Virus record (IMG/VR): IMGVR_UViG_2706794492_000015 | Strand: one strand, 5' to 3' | DNA from: a virus | Taxonomy: Duplodnaviria > Heunggongvirae > Uroviricota > Caudoviricetes | DNA length: 5,318 nucleotides | Shown here: piece after piece, positions 1 through 5,238 of the stretch | Position numbering within the stretch: position 1 is the first letter of the stretch | Layout: each line of letters opens with the position of its first letter | The notes under the pieces: generated by a model | The model's database searches: none | Seen by the model: only the letters and a program-made list of their open reading frames with translations | Told to the model about the DNA's origin: nothing | Made by a program: the position numbers and the translations under genes

Positions 1-19
1 CATAATGTTTAAATGTCAT
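1..19 (-). CDS. 5' end of a gene leaving the window to the left (only 6 codons visible, MTFKHY...); product unknown
   Basis: Minus-strand ATG at 19..17 preceded by GGGAGG (29..24) with a 4-nt spacer, so a strong ribosome-binding site; the frame stays open to position 1. Too little sequence to assign a product. Confidence 0.3.
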
Positions 20-61
20 TATTCCTCCCGGCCGGGATAGTGTATTAAATCAGATATGGAG

Positions 62-108
62 TGGGCTGTAGTCCGGAAGCCTGAATGACACACGGGGACT
101 ACAGCCCA
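62..108. repeat. Perfect 13-bp inverted repeat (TGGGCTGTAGTCC / GGACTACAGCCCA) with a 21-nt spacer; function unknown
   Basis: Arms at 62..74 and 96..108 are exact reverse complements. No U-tract follows on either strand, so it is not a canonical intrinsic terminator. Confidence 0.5.
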
Positions 109-203
109 AGAAATGAAAAAAGGCCACGCAGTTGCGCAGCCTGATAAACCCTGGTTAAAATCCACACGATAACAACACAACAATATCAGTATCTCATGCT
201 ATT

Positions 204-228
204 GCCCGAACCCATTCGGGCATTTTTT
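204..228 (+). terminator. Rho-independent terminator, plus strand
   Basis: Stem GCCCGAA (204..210) / TTCGGGC (215..221) with loop CCCA, followed by A then TTTTTT (223..228). On the minus strand it lacks a U-tract. Confidence 0.5.
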
Positions 229-233
229 ACCCA

Positions 234-262
234 TAAAAAAATGCCCCTCCGGAGAGGGGCAT
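234..262 (-). terminator. Rho-independent terminator, minus strand, ending the methyltransferase transcription unit
   Basis: Perfect 9-bp stem ATGCCCCTC / GAGGGGCAT (241..262) with a 4-nt loop; on the minus strand the hairpin is followed by seven T (234..240). Confidence 0.6.
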
Positions 263-510
263 GTTTGCATGCACATTCTTTTTCTTGCATGGTGCCGGGT
301 GCCTCCCGGTGAATTCAGTATCAGCACCTGAACCCGCACAGAAAGGATAGAGTAGAAACACCTGCGCTGATATGCCCCTCCGCTCAGGGGGATTCACCAT
401 GCCAGTTTCTTTTAACAAACTCCCCGCAAACCAGACAACTGTCAACCGTCTGAATTGTGAGACATTTAAAATTTTCGGGGCGTACCTGATACCCGGTTAA
501 TTCTGCAATA

Positions 511-1569
511 TCATCCGTTCTGACTGACTAAATCCTGTACTTCCCTGACCGTCTGCTCAAAACGTTCAGTCTCCAGCTCAACGCCAGTTGCACGACGCCC
601 CAGCGCCATCGCGGCTTTGACTGTCGAACCCGACCCCATGAAGAAATCTGCAACCAGGTCACCCGGACGACTGCTCGCACTGATTATCTGCTGCAGCATT
701 TCTGCCGGTTTTTCGCACGGATGTTTCCCGGGATAGTACTGCACCGGTTTATGCGTCCACACATCCGTGTACGGCACCTGCGCCGTCACGCCAAAATACC
801 GCCGCAGATGCTTATATTCACTCTGTAGTTCCGCATACTGCCGGTTCAGTGAAGTATACGTCTCCAGCAGCTGGTGGTGGGGCTTCTCCAGTTCACCCCG
901 CTGATGCTTCTCTTCTGCCACCCGGGCAAACAGCGCCTGTAATTTCAGATAATCGCTTTCGTTCGGTAGCTGCCACTGACTGGCACTGAACCAGTGCGAC
1001 ACCATGTTTTTCTTTCCTGTGGCATCCACTATCTGTTTTGCCGTTATCCCCAGGGCAGCACGCGCATCACGAAAGTAAGAAATCAGCGGAGCCATCACAT
1101 GCTGTTTCAGTGCCCTGCCCTTCGCCTCATACCCGGCATCTTTCGGACGATACGGCCCCTGATAATGTTCCGCGAACAGAATGCGCTCTGTGGCGGGGAA
1201 ATACGCCCTCAGGCTTTCCTTGTTGCACCCGTTCCAGCGTCCGGACGGCTTCGCCCAGATAATATGGTTCAGCACACTGAAGCGTTCACGCATCATGATT
1301 TCAATGTCAGATGCCAGGCGATGGCCACAGAACAGGTAAAGACTTCCGGCAGGTTTCAGCACCCGCCAGAACTGCGCCAGACACTGGTCCAGCCACTTCA
1401 GGTAATCATCGTCGCCCTTCCACTGGTTATCCCAGCCCTCAGGCTTCACTTTAAAGTACGGCGGGTCCGTGACTATCAGGTCAACAGAATTTTCGGGTAA
1501 CGACCGGATAAATTCCAGGCAGTCAGCGTTGATCAACTCACAACTGGATATTTTTACAGTGTTAAACAT
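511..1569 (-). CDS. Orphan DNA methyltransferase, beta-class (N6-adenine or N4-cytosine; PF01555-like), 352 aa
   Basis: ATG start at 1569. Motif IV DLIVTDPPY at aa 30-38 and motif I DFFMGSGST at aa 305-313, in the IV-then-I order that defines beta-class amino-methyltransferases. The C-terminal segment HPCEKPAEMLQQIISASSRPGDLVADFFMGSGST parallels E. coli YhdJ as I remember it. No restriction endonuclease candidate is adjacent. Confidence 0.9.
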   Translation of the reverse strand: MFNTVKISSCELINADCLEFIRSLPENSVDLIVTDPPYFKVKPEGWDNQWKGDDDYLKWLDQCLAQFWRVLKPAGSLYLFCGHRLASDIEIMMRERFSVLNHIIWAKPSGRWNGCNKESLRAYFPATERILFAEHYQGPYRPKDAGYEAKGRALKQHVMAPLISYFRDARAALGITAKQIVDATGKKNMVSHWFSASQWQLPNESDYLKLQALFARVAEEKHQRGELEKPHHQLLETYTSLNRQYAELQSEYKHLRRYFGVTAQVPYTDVWTHKPVQYYPGKHPCEKPAEMLQQIISASSRPGDLVADFFMGSGSTVKAAMALGRRATGVELETERFEQTVREVQDLVSQNG

Positions 1570-1601
1570 GGATCATTAAGCCTGTCTCTGATAGGCTCAT
1601 T

Positions 1602-1620
1602 CTGCTTTTGCGCAAAGCAG
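1602..1620. promoter_or_regulatory. Palindromic operator-like site upstream of the methyltransferase gene
   Basis: CTGCTTT (1602..1608) and AAAGCAG (1614..1620) are perfect inverted 7-mers around a 5-nt centre TGCGC. The site lies about 35-65 nt upstream of the methyltransferase ATG, between the preceding terminator and the start codon. Confidence 0.3.
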
Positions 1621-1709
1621 TGGGCCTGAGGTTTGCTTGTGATCCAGACGCATGAGCAGATGGCTGGTGAGTGCCCCTAACACCCACCAGCCGCCCATTT
1701 ACCACAAAT

Positions 1710-1733
1710 AAAAAAGCCTTCAGGACTGAAGGC
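1710..1733 (-). terminator. Rho-independent terminator, minus strand, after the 65-aa ORF
   Basis: Minus-strand reading GCCTTCA-GTCC-TGAAGGC followed by TTTTTTATTT; 7-bp stem at 1716..1722 / 1727..1733 and T-run at 1710..1715. The stop codon of the upstream ORF lies inside the stem. Confidence 0.6.
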
Positions 1734-1917
1734 GTCTGTAACAACCGAACTGATAGTCTGCCAGACCCGCCATAACAAGCTGGGTCAGTATTAACTGGCA
1801 GCGTTCGCGTGAAAGGTAAGTATTCTGCGCAATCTCCCCGACTGTCGCCGGTTCGGTGACGCTTAATTCATTAAACACTGCTCTGGCGGTTTCTGTCATA
1901 TCCTGCTGTTTCAGCAT
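1720..1917 (-). CDS. Small hypothetical protein (65 aa), possibly a helix-turn-helix DNA-binding protein; first gene downstream of tR'
   Basis: ATG at 1917 preceded by AAGGGA with a 7-nt spacer. The 77-aa version in the ORF track begins at a TTG (1953) without a ribosome-binding site. The segment TVGEIAQNTYLSRERCQLILTQLVMAGL looks HTH-like by eye. Ends in the terminator at 1710..1733. Confidence 0.55.
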   Translation of the reverse strand: MLKQQDMTETARAVFNELSVTEPATVGEIAQNTYLSRERCQLILTQLVMAGLADYQFGCYRRLQS

Positions 1918-2040
1918 GTCTTTTTCCCTTTTTCGGTTAACGTGACACACCAATAACTCTTGTCAAAAAAGCCAGCAAGCTGAAAGACCGGTATTCACCG
2001 CCACCAGCGCGTTTACTGTACTGACGCGATTTCAGTCATA

Positions 2041-2061
2041 AAAAACCCGCCAGGCGGCGGG
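2041..2061 (-). terminator. tR'-like rho-independent terminator about 45-65 nt downstream of the pR'-like start
   Basis: Minus-strand reading CCCGCC-GCCT-GGCGGG followed by TTTTT; 6-bp GC stem at 2046..2051 / 2056..2061, T-run at 2041..2045. Confidence 0.6.
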
Positions 2062-2098
2062 GTGTAAAAAATCTTCTAACGTCAGGCATAAAACGCCC

Positions 2099-2138
2099 AT
2101 CGTTAGGGCAAATTTACCACAGATTCGGGAAAAATCAA
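2099..2138 (-). promoter_or_regulatory. Lambda pR'-like late promoter with sigma70-dependent pause element (Q-utilisation region)
   Basis: Minus-strand reading TTGATT (2138..2133), 16-nt spacer, TGG-TAAATT (extended -10; hexamer 2116..2111), then TGCCCT-AACGATGGG (AACGAT at 2104..2099). This parallels lambda pR' TAAATTTGACTCAACGATGGG as I remember it. It lies directly after the Q stop codon. Confidence 0.6.
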
Positions 2139-2143
2139 CAAAG

Positions 2144-2965
2144 CTATCTGGTCACCTTTTTCAGTTGTTGTTCTGCCCATGCTTCTTCAATATCAAACTG
2201 CACCACCAGCGTATCGTAAAAACGTTTAACTGTTTTTTTCCATGTATCAAGAGATATGGCATCGGTTACATTACATATGGCATTAAATGCCTCCGTTGAT
2301 GGTAGTCTTTCACAGCCACGACCACCACAACGCTGGCAGTCTCTGATAACAGGCATACCACGTTTTACCGACTCTTCACGATGAATGGCGACACCACGCC
2401 CACGGCAATCCTTACAGGCGGTGGAAACCTCACCCTTTCCGCCACACTCCGGACAGGCAACTTTTACCACCTCCCTGACTTTTTTCCATTCCTCCCAGTA
2501 AGACGGATACACGCCTTTTGTGCACTTTGCCCACACTGGCGGCTTACCATCCGGATACTGGATCTTGTTTGTAAAAACCTCGCTTTCAATAAATTTTTTT
2601 CCGTGACAGCAGGGGCACTGTTTTTTGCTCGCCGCGCTACGGGCATAATCTTCAAACGCATACGAAGCCATAATACGCATCACTGCCGGTTTTATTTCTG
2701 CCGGGAGTTTTCTTAACGCCGCCACGCGATCACACCGACTGAGTGCATATTCTGTCAGCAATTCTGTTGCCCGCTCTCTGTCATTCATACTAATGCCCAT
2801 TTTCCCAAGGAACGCAGAAAACCCCATCTCAGCCCGATTCTGTGTCATGCCCTGCGCGGCCATCACATCAGTGATACTCAGCGCATCTTTTGACGTTGAG
2901 GCCGATGCATCGGTCAGGCCAGGGGATTTTGGGGAGTAGTATTTCGGTAAATCTTCCAGTTTCAT
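2144..2965 (-). CDS. Q: Late antitermination protein Q, lambda-Q family, 273 aa with an expanded Cys-rich domain
   Basis: N-terminus MKLEDLPKYYSPKSPGLTD...ITDVMAAQGM and C-terminus TWKKTVKRFYDTLVVQ...KKVTR parallel lambda Q (MRLESVAKFHSPKSP...TDVMAAMGM...TWSRTVKPLYDALVVQ...NAVTR, from memory). Four CxxCxGxx-type motifs at C117, C171, C184 and C210. ATG at 2965 overlaps the rusA stop as ATGA. Position immediately upstream of the pR'-like promoter. Confidence 0.85.
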   Translation of the reverse strand: MKLEDLPKYYSPKSPGLTDASASTSKDALSITDVMAAQGMTQNRAEMGFSAFLGKMGISMNDRERATELLTEYALSRCDRVAALRKLPAEIKPAVMRIMASYAFEDYARSAASKKQCPCCHGKKFIESEVFTNKIQYPDGKPPVWAKCTKGVYPSYWEEWKKVREVVKVACPECGGKGEVSTACKDCRGRGVAIHREESVKRGMPVIRDCQRCGGRGCERLPSTEAFNAICNVTDAISLDTWKKTVKRFYDTLVVQFDIEEAWAEQQLKKVTR

Positions 2966-3336
2966 TTTTTGACCTGCCCTTCAAGCATTATGGGGTAAAT
3001 CTTCACCCCCAGACGTCCACCAGATACTGGCTTTCCACGTACAATATTGATTTCATCAAACTGCTCATCGTCCATTAACAACCCCGCGTGCGTCAGCGCA
3101 TCCAGCGGTGCTTTCAGAATATTGTCCAGGTCACGGCGGCGCTTATCCGGTGGCTCTGCAATAATTTTTATTGCCAGCCGTCCGGACAGGCTTAATTTCA
3201 GTCGCTGCTGGCGAACAATAAGCGCCACTGCCCGGCGATAACGCTCCCCGGCTTTTGATACAAAATATGTGCTGCCACGGCGTCGCCAGTAAGTGTTCAC
3301 CGTCGGCGGGTAAGGTAAAACCAAATCTATGAGCAT
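2962..3336 (-). CDS. rusA: Crossover junction endodeoxyribonuclease RusA (Holliday junction resolvase), 124 aa
   Basis: Translation MLIDLVLPYPPTVNTYWRRRG...PPDKRRRDLDNILKAPLDALTHAGLLMDDEQ...GGRLGVKI matches the RusA pattern (PPSxNxYYR, DRRRRDLDN, D-x-L, GGRLEL in K-12 RusA as I remember it). ATG at 3336 preceded by AGAGGTGA. Typical lambdoid position just upstream of Q. Confidence 0.9.
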   Translation of the reverse strand: MLIDLVLPYPPTVNTYWRRRGSTYFVSKAGERYRRAVALIVRQQRLKLSLSGRLAIKIIAEPPDKRRRDLDNILKAPLDALTHAGLLMDDEQFDEINIVRGKPVSGGRLGVKIYPIMLEGQVKK

Positions 3337-3348
3337 CAGTCACCTCTT

Positions 3349-3639
3349 TTACCCAAGCACGCCAGTTGCAAAGGCGTGATCAAGAAAACGAAAAATTAAA
3401 TCAACCTGAGAACCATGCTTTTCTTCGAACGCCAGCGGATCCGCATGAAGCTCGTTGTGATGCTCCCGACACAGCGGTAGCGTGAAAATATCGTGAGATT
3501 TTGTCCCCATTCCGCCCTGACCATGACCAATCAGGTGATGGGGATCGTCGGCTGGCTTACCACAACACGCACACGGCTGTGTCTTTACCCAGCGTGTGTA
3601 TTTCTCATTTACCCAGCGGCGACGTTTAGGTCGTTTCAT
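3349..3639 (-). CDS. Small Cys/His-rich protein with an HNH-like (beta-beta-alpha-metal) motif, 96 aa; putative phage nuclease or zinc-binding protein
   Basis: Preferred start is the ATG at 3639, which overlaps the upstream stop as ATGA (3639..3636). The ORF-track start at 3684 is a GTG inside the upstream gene. Motifs CACCG, DDPHH and LCREHHNELH are spaced like an HNH zinc-finger nuclease. Confidence 0.6.
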   Translation of the reverse strand: MKRPKRRRWVNEKYTRWVKTQPCACCGKPADDPHHLIGHGQGGMGTKSHDIFTLPLCREHHNELHADPLAFEEKHGSQVDLIFRFLDHAFATGVLG

Positions 3640-4187
3640 GAACGATTCAGGAGACTCCGGATCAAATGATTGCAGGCCGCCCACCAGGATAATTCGGCCA
3701 GCGATAACTCCCTCTCCTGCGTACCGCTTATTGCGTGACGGATGACATCAATCATCCAGGCAACCAGATTCTGCTGAGCAAGTTGATCGAGTGATTCTGA
3801 TGTCTGGTCGCGCAGCTGGTTGTCGCAGTGCCAGCACAACACCATCGCGCCGGTACCATAACGGTGAATGACTGTTTCGCTGTGATGATAATCGCCGTGT
3901 GGCCACTGGCAGGATTTCACGTGACGTAATAACCAGTCAGACAGTGCACCTGCACCACCTGCTGCACGAATAACCCGCTCATCGCTGAAAAATGGCAGTA
4001 ATGTTTTATCCTCTGCCAGCGGCTGGCGAACGGCAGGAACGACTCCGGACGGCAGACCGCGCATGTTTTTCGGTTCCGGCTCCACCAATATTCTGCCGTT
4101 ATGGAATACTGACATTGATTCACGGCCTGGCTTAACGATAACCAGACCGAGTTCCGGTACCAGAACAGGTCGAAGTAATACCCGCAC
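3636..4187 (-). CDS. Hypothetical nin-region protein, 183 aa, with Cys/His cluster (CQWPHGDYHH...CWHCDN)
   Basis: GTG start at 4187 preceded by GGAGG, with the upstream TAA stop between the ribosome-binding site and the start. First ATG is at 4115 (alternative start giving 159 aa). Same strand and tight packing with neighbours. No family recognised with certainty. Confidence 0.6.
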   Translation of the reverse strand: MRVLLRPVLVPELGLVIVKPGRESMSVFHNGRILVEPEPKNMRGLPSGVVPAVRQPLAEDKTLLPFFSDERVIRAAGGAGALSDWLLRHVKSCQWPHGDYHHSETVIHRYGTGAMVLCWHCDNQLRDQTSESLDQLAQQNLVAWMIDVIRHAISGTQERELSLAELSWWAACNHLIRSLLNRS

Positions 4188-4188
4188 G

Positions 4189-4467
4189 TTACCTCCAGAT
4201 GCGCTGCTGGAATGTGCGGGACGGACGCGGTGGGCGTTCGGAATAAGGGAGCCTGGCGGAGATTATCCAGTGACGACGATCGAAGCTGAGATCTTTCTGA
4301 AACTCGTAACCACGCCTGCGGTAGCACTGAATCAGCCATTCGGCCTGTTCTTCAGTGCATGGGTCATGCTGGAACCAGTCAGATTTGAATGCATGAGAAC
4401 ACCGCCCGTGCCTGCTGGCAAAGACGGCTGAATTATCAGAATTGTTAAGTTTCTTGTAATGCACCAC
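4189..4467 (-). CDS. Hypothetical protein, 92 aa, basic and Cys/His-containing
   Basis: GTG start at 4467 preceded by GAGGA with a 5-nt spacer; there is no ATG codon anywhere in the ORF. Stop TAA at 4191..4189, 1 nt from the next start. Product not recognised. Confidence 0.5.
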   Translation of the reverse strand: MVHYKKLNNSDNSAVFASRHGRCSHAFKSDWFQHDPCTEEQAEWLIQCYRRRGYEFQKDLSFDRRHWIISARLPYSERPPRPSRTFQQRIWR

Positions 4468-4532
4468 TACTATCCTCGTAATGGTGCGACAGACGCCAGT
4501 TGTTCAGGCTGGCTTTACTACAGCATTATAAT

Positions 4533-4700
4533 CTAGTCTCTTTTAATGCTGAAGTAACTGACCGAATCCGCATGCGATTCTTTGCTGATCAGAATAACAT
4601 CAGATGGCAATGGCATTACGATAAACTCACCATTCCCAAGAACTATTACTTCATAATTACCTGGTATAGAAAGCGCAGCAATTAATTCCTTATCGTTCAT
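4533..4700 (-). CDS. Small hypothetical protein (55 aa) inside an AT-rich islet
   Basis: ATG at 4700 (MNDKELIAALSIPGNYEVIVLGNGEFIVMPLPSDVILISKESHADSVSYFSIKRD). The ORF-track start at 4727 is a GTG embedded in an AAGGGGAGGTG stretch. Ribosome-binding site for the ATG is weak. The surrounding region (about 4500..4730) is visibly more AT-rich than its flanks. Confidence 0.3.
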   Translation of the reverse strand: MNDKELIAALSIPGNYEVIVLGNGEFIVMPLPSDVILISKESHADSVSYFSIKRD

Positions 4701-4890
4701 AACAAAAATCCCATGAACTATAAACACCTCCCCTTATGGGGGCCATCCCTCTTATCCCTGCGCGCTACTTAAGAGCCTCGATTCTAGCCGTGAAGACATG
4801 CCAATCAACAGCAATAAACCACCTGAATAACAGAATCAGCCAGCCACATCGGTACAACCAGATGCATCACGCTCACCGAAAATAAACAAC

Positions 4891-4908
4891 AAAAAACCGC
4901 CGAAGCGA
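4891..4908 (-). terminator. Candidate 3' terminator of the hok transcript
   Basis: Minus-strand reading CTCGC-TTCG-GCGG followed by TTTTTTGTTGTTTATTTT; the stem is short (3 GC pairs plus one GU) with a UUCG tetraloop, then a U-tract. Confidence 0.35.
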
Positions 4909-4978
4909 GTTAAGTGGGGTGCGTTGAGGATGCCTGACACATCAGAGGTGGCGAGGGATTTCTCCCCCGCCAGGTCTC

Positions 4979-5134
4979 TTACTCCTCAGGTTCGTAAGCT
5001 GTGAAGACAGCGACCTCCGTCTGGCCGGTTCGGATTCGTACCTCGCAGAGGTCTTTCCTCGTTACCAGTGCCGTCACTATGACGGTTAAACAGATGACGA
5101 TCAGGGCGATTAGCATCGCCTTTTGCTGCTTCAT
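4979..5134 (-). CDS. hokD: Hok/Gef-family type I toxin (small membrane-damaging peptide), 51 aa
   Basis: Translation MKQQKAMLIALIVICLTVIVTALVTRKDLCEVRIRTGQTEVAVFTAYEPEE matches my memory of E. coli HokD/RelF and is a typical Hok protein (hydrophobic N-terminal helix, TRKDLCE...R.G..EVAA/VF). ATG at 5134 preceded by AAGGAG with a 9-nt spacer. The 70-aa ORF-track version adds an in-frame N-terminal extension from an ATG at 5191. Confidence 0.85.
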   Translation of the reverse strand: MKQQKAMLIALIVICLTVIVTALVTRKDLCEVRIRTGQTEVAVFTAYEPEE

Positions 5135-5238
5135 AGCCTGCTTCTCCTTGCCTTTCGGCACGTAAGAGGCTAACCTACGTGTGTAGAGCATAGATATGGC
5201 CTCAGATTAATGTTAAGCGTCTTGCCGGACGCGTAATG

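Noticed and set aside
227-445. 72-aa minus-strand ORF in the methyltransferase 3' region
   Set aside because: It starts at TTG without a ribosome-binding site and reads straight through the minus-strand terminator hairpin at 241..262.
994-1500. Plus-strand ORFs (168 aa at 994..1500 and 74 aa at 1038..1262) antisense to the methyltransferase gene
   Set aside because: They lie entirely inside the well-supported methyltransferase CDS on the opposite strand, their translations are low-complexity (Arg/Pro/His-rich), and neither has a ribosome-binding site. Typical antisense shadow ORFs of a GC-rich gene.
1562-1744. 60-aa minus-strand ORF spanning the terminator and the methyltransferase start
   Set aside because: It overlaps the 1710..1733 terminator and the methyltransferase start region in another frame; no ribosome-binding site.
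1918-1953. N-terminal extension of the small ORF (77-aa version starting at TTG 1953)
   Set aside because: The TTG has no ribosome-binding site, whereas the internal ATG at 1917 has AAGGGA at ideal spacing.
1954-2040. Perfect TTGACA (1966..1961, minus strand) as a dedicated promoter for the 65-aa ORF
   Set aside because: No acceptable -10 hexamer at 16-18 nt spacing (ACGTTA, CGTTAA); expression is more simply explained by readthrough from pR'.
2381-2716. 111-aa plus-strand ORF and 65-aa minus-strand ORF (2464..2661) inside Q
   Set aside because: Both are embedded in the Q coding region, which has clear lambda-Q homology; out-of-frame or antisense shadows.
2890-3343. ORFs 2890..3078 (+), 3047..3241 (+) and 3143..3343 (-) overlapping rusA and Q
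   Set aside because: Overlap the well-supported rusA and Q genes in alternative frames or antisense; no independent signals.
3640-3684. 15-codon N-terminal extension of the 96-aa gene (111-aa version)
   Set aside because: Starts at a GTG inside the upstream gene, whereas the ATG at 3639 forms a classic ATGA stop-start overlap.
3917-4431. 140-aa minus-strand ORF (3917..4339) and 122-aa plus-strand ORF (4063..4431) across the 92/183-aa genes
   Set aside because: Alternative-frame or antisense overlaps of the coupled 92-aa and 183-aa genes; the called genes have ribosome-binding sites and coupled junctions, these do not.
4500-4685. 61-aa plus-strand ORF antisense to the 55-aa ORF in the AT-rich islet
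   Set aside because: TTG start and no ribosome-binding site; its internal ATG (4572) also lacks one. The minus-strand ORF matches the operon orientation, though neither is strongly supported.
5135-5191. 70-aa N-terminally extended Hok (start at 5191)
   Set aside because: Hok proteins are about 50 aa and the ATG at 5134 has a strong AAGGAG site. The extension is kept as a possible mok-like coupling frame in the findings, not as the toxin CDS.
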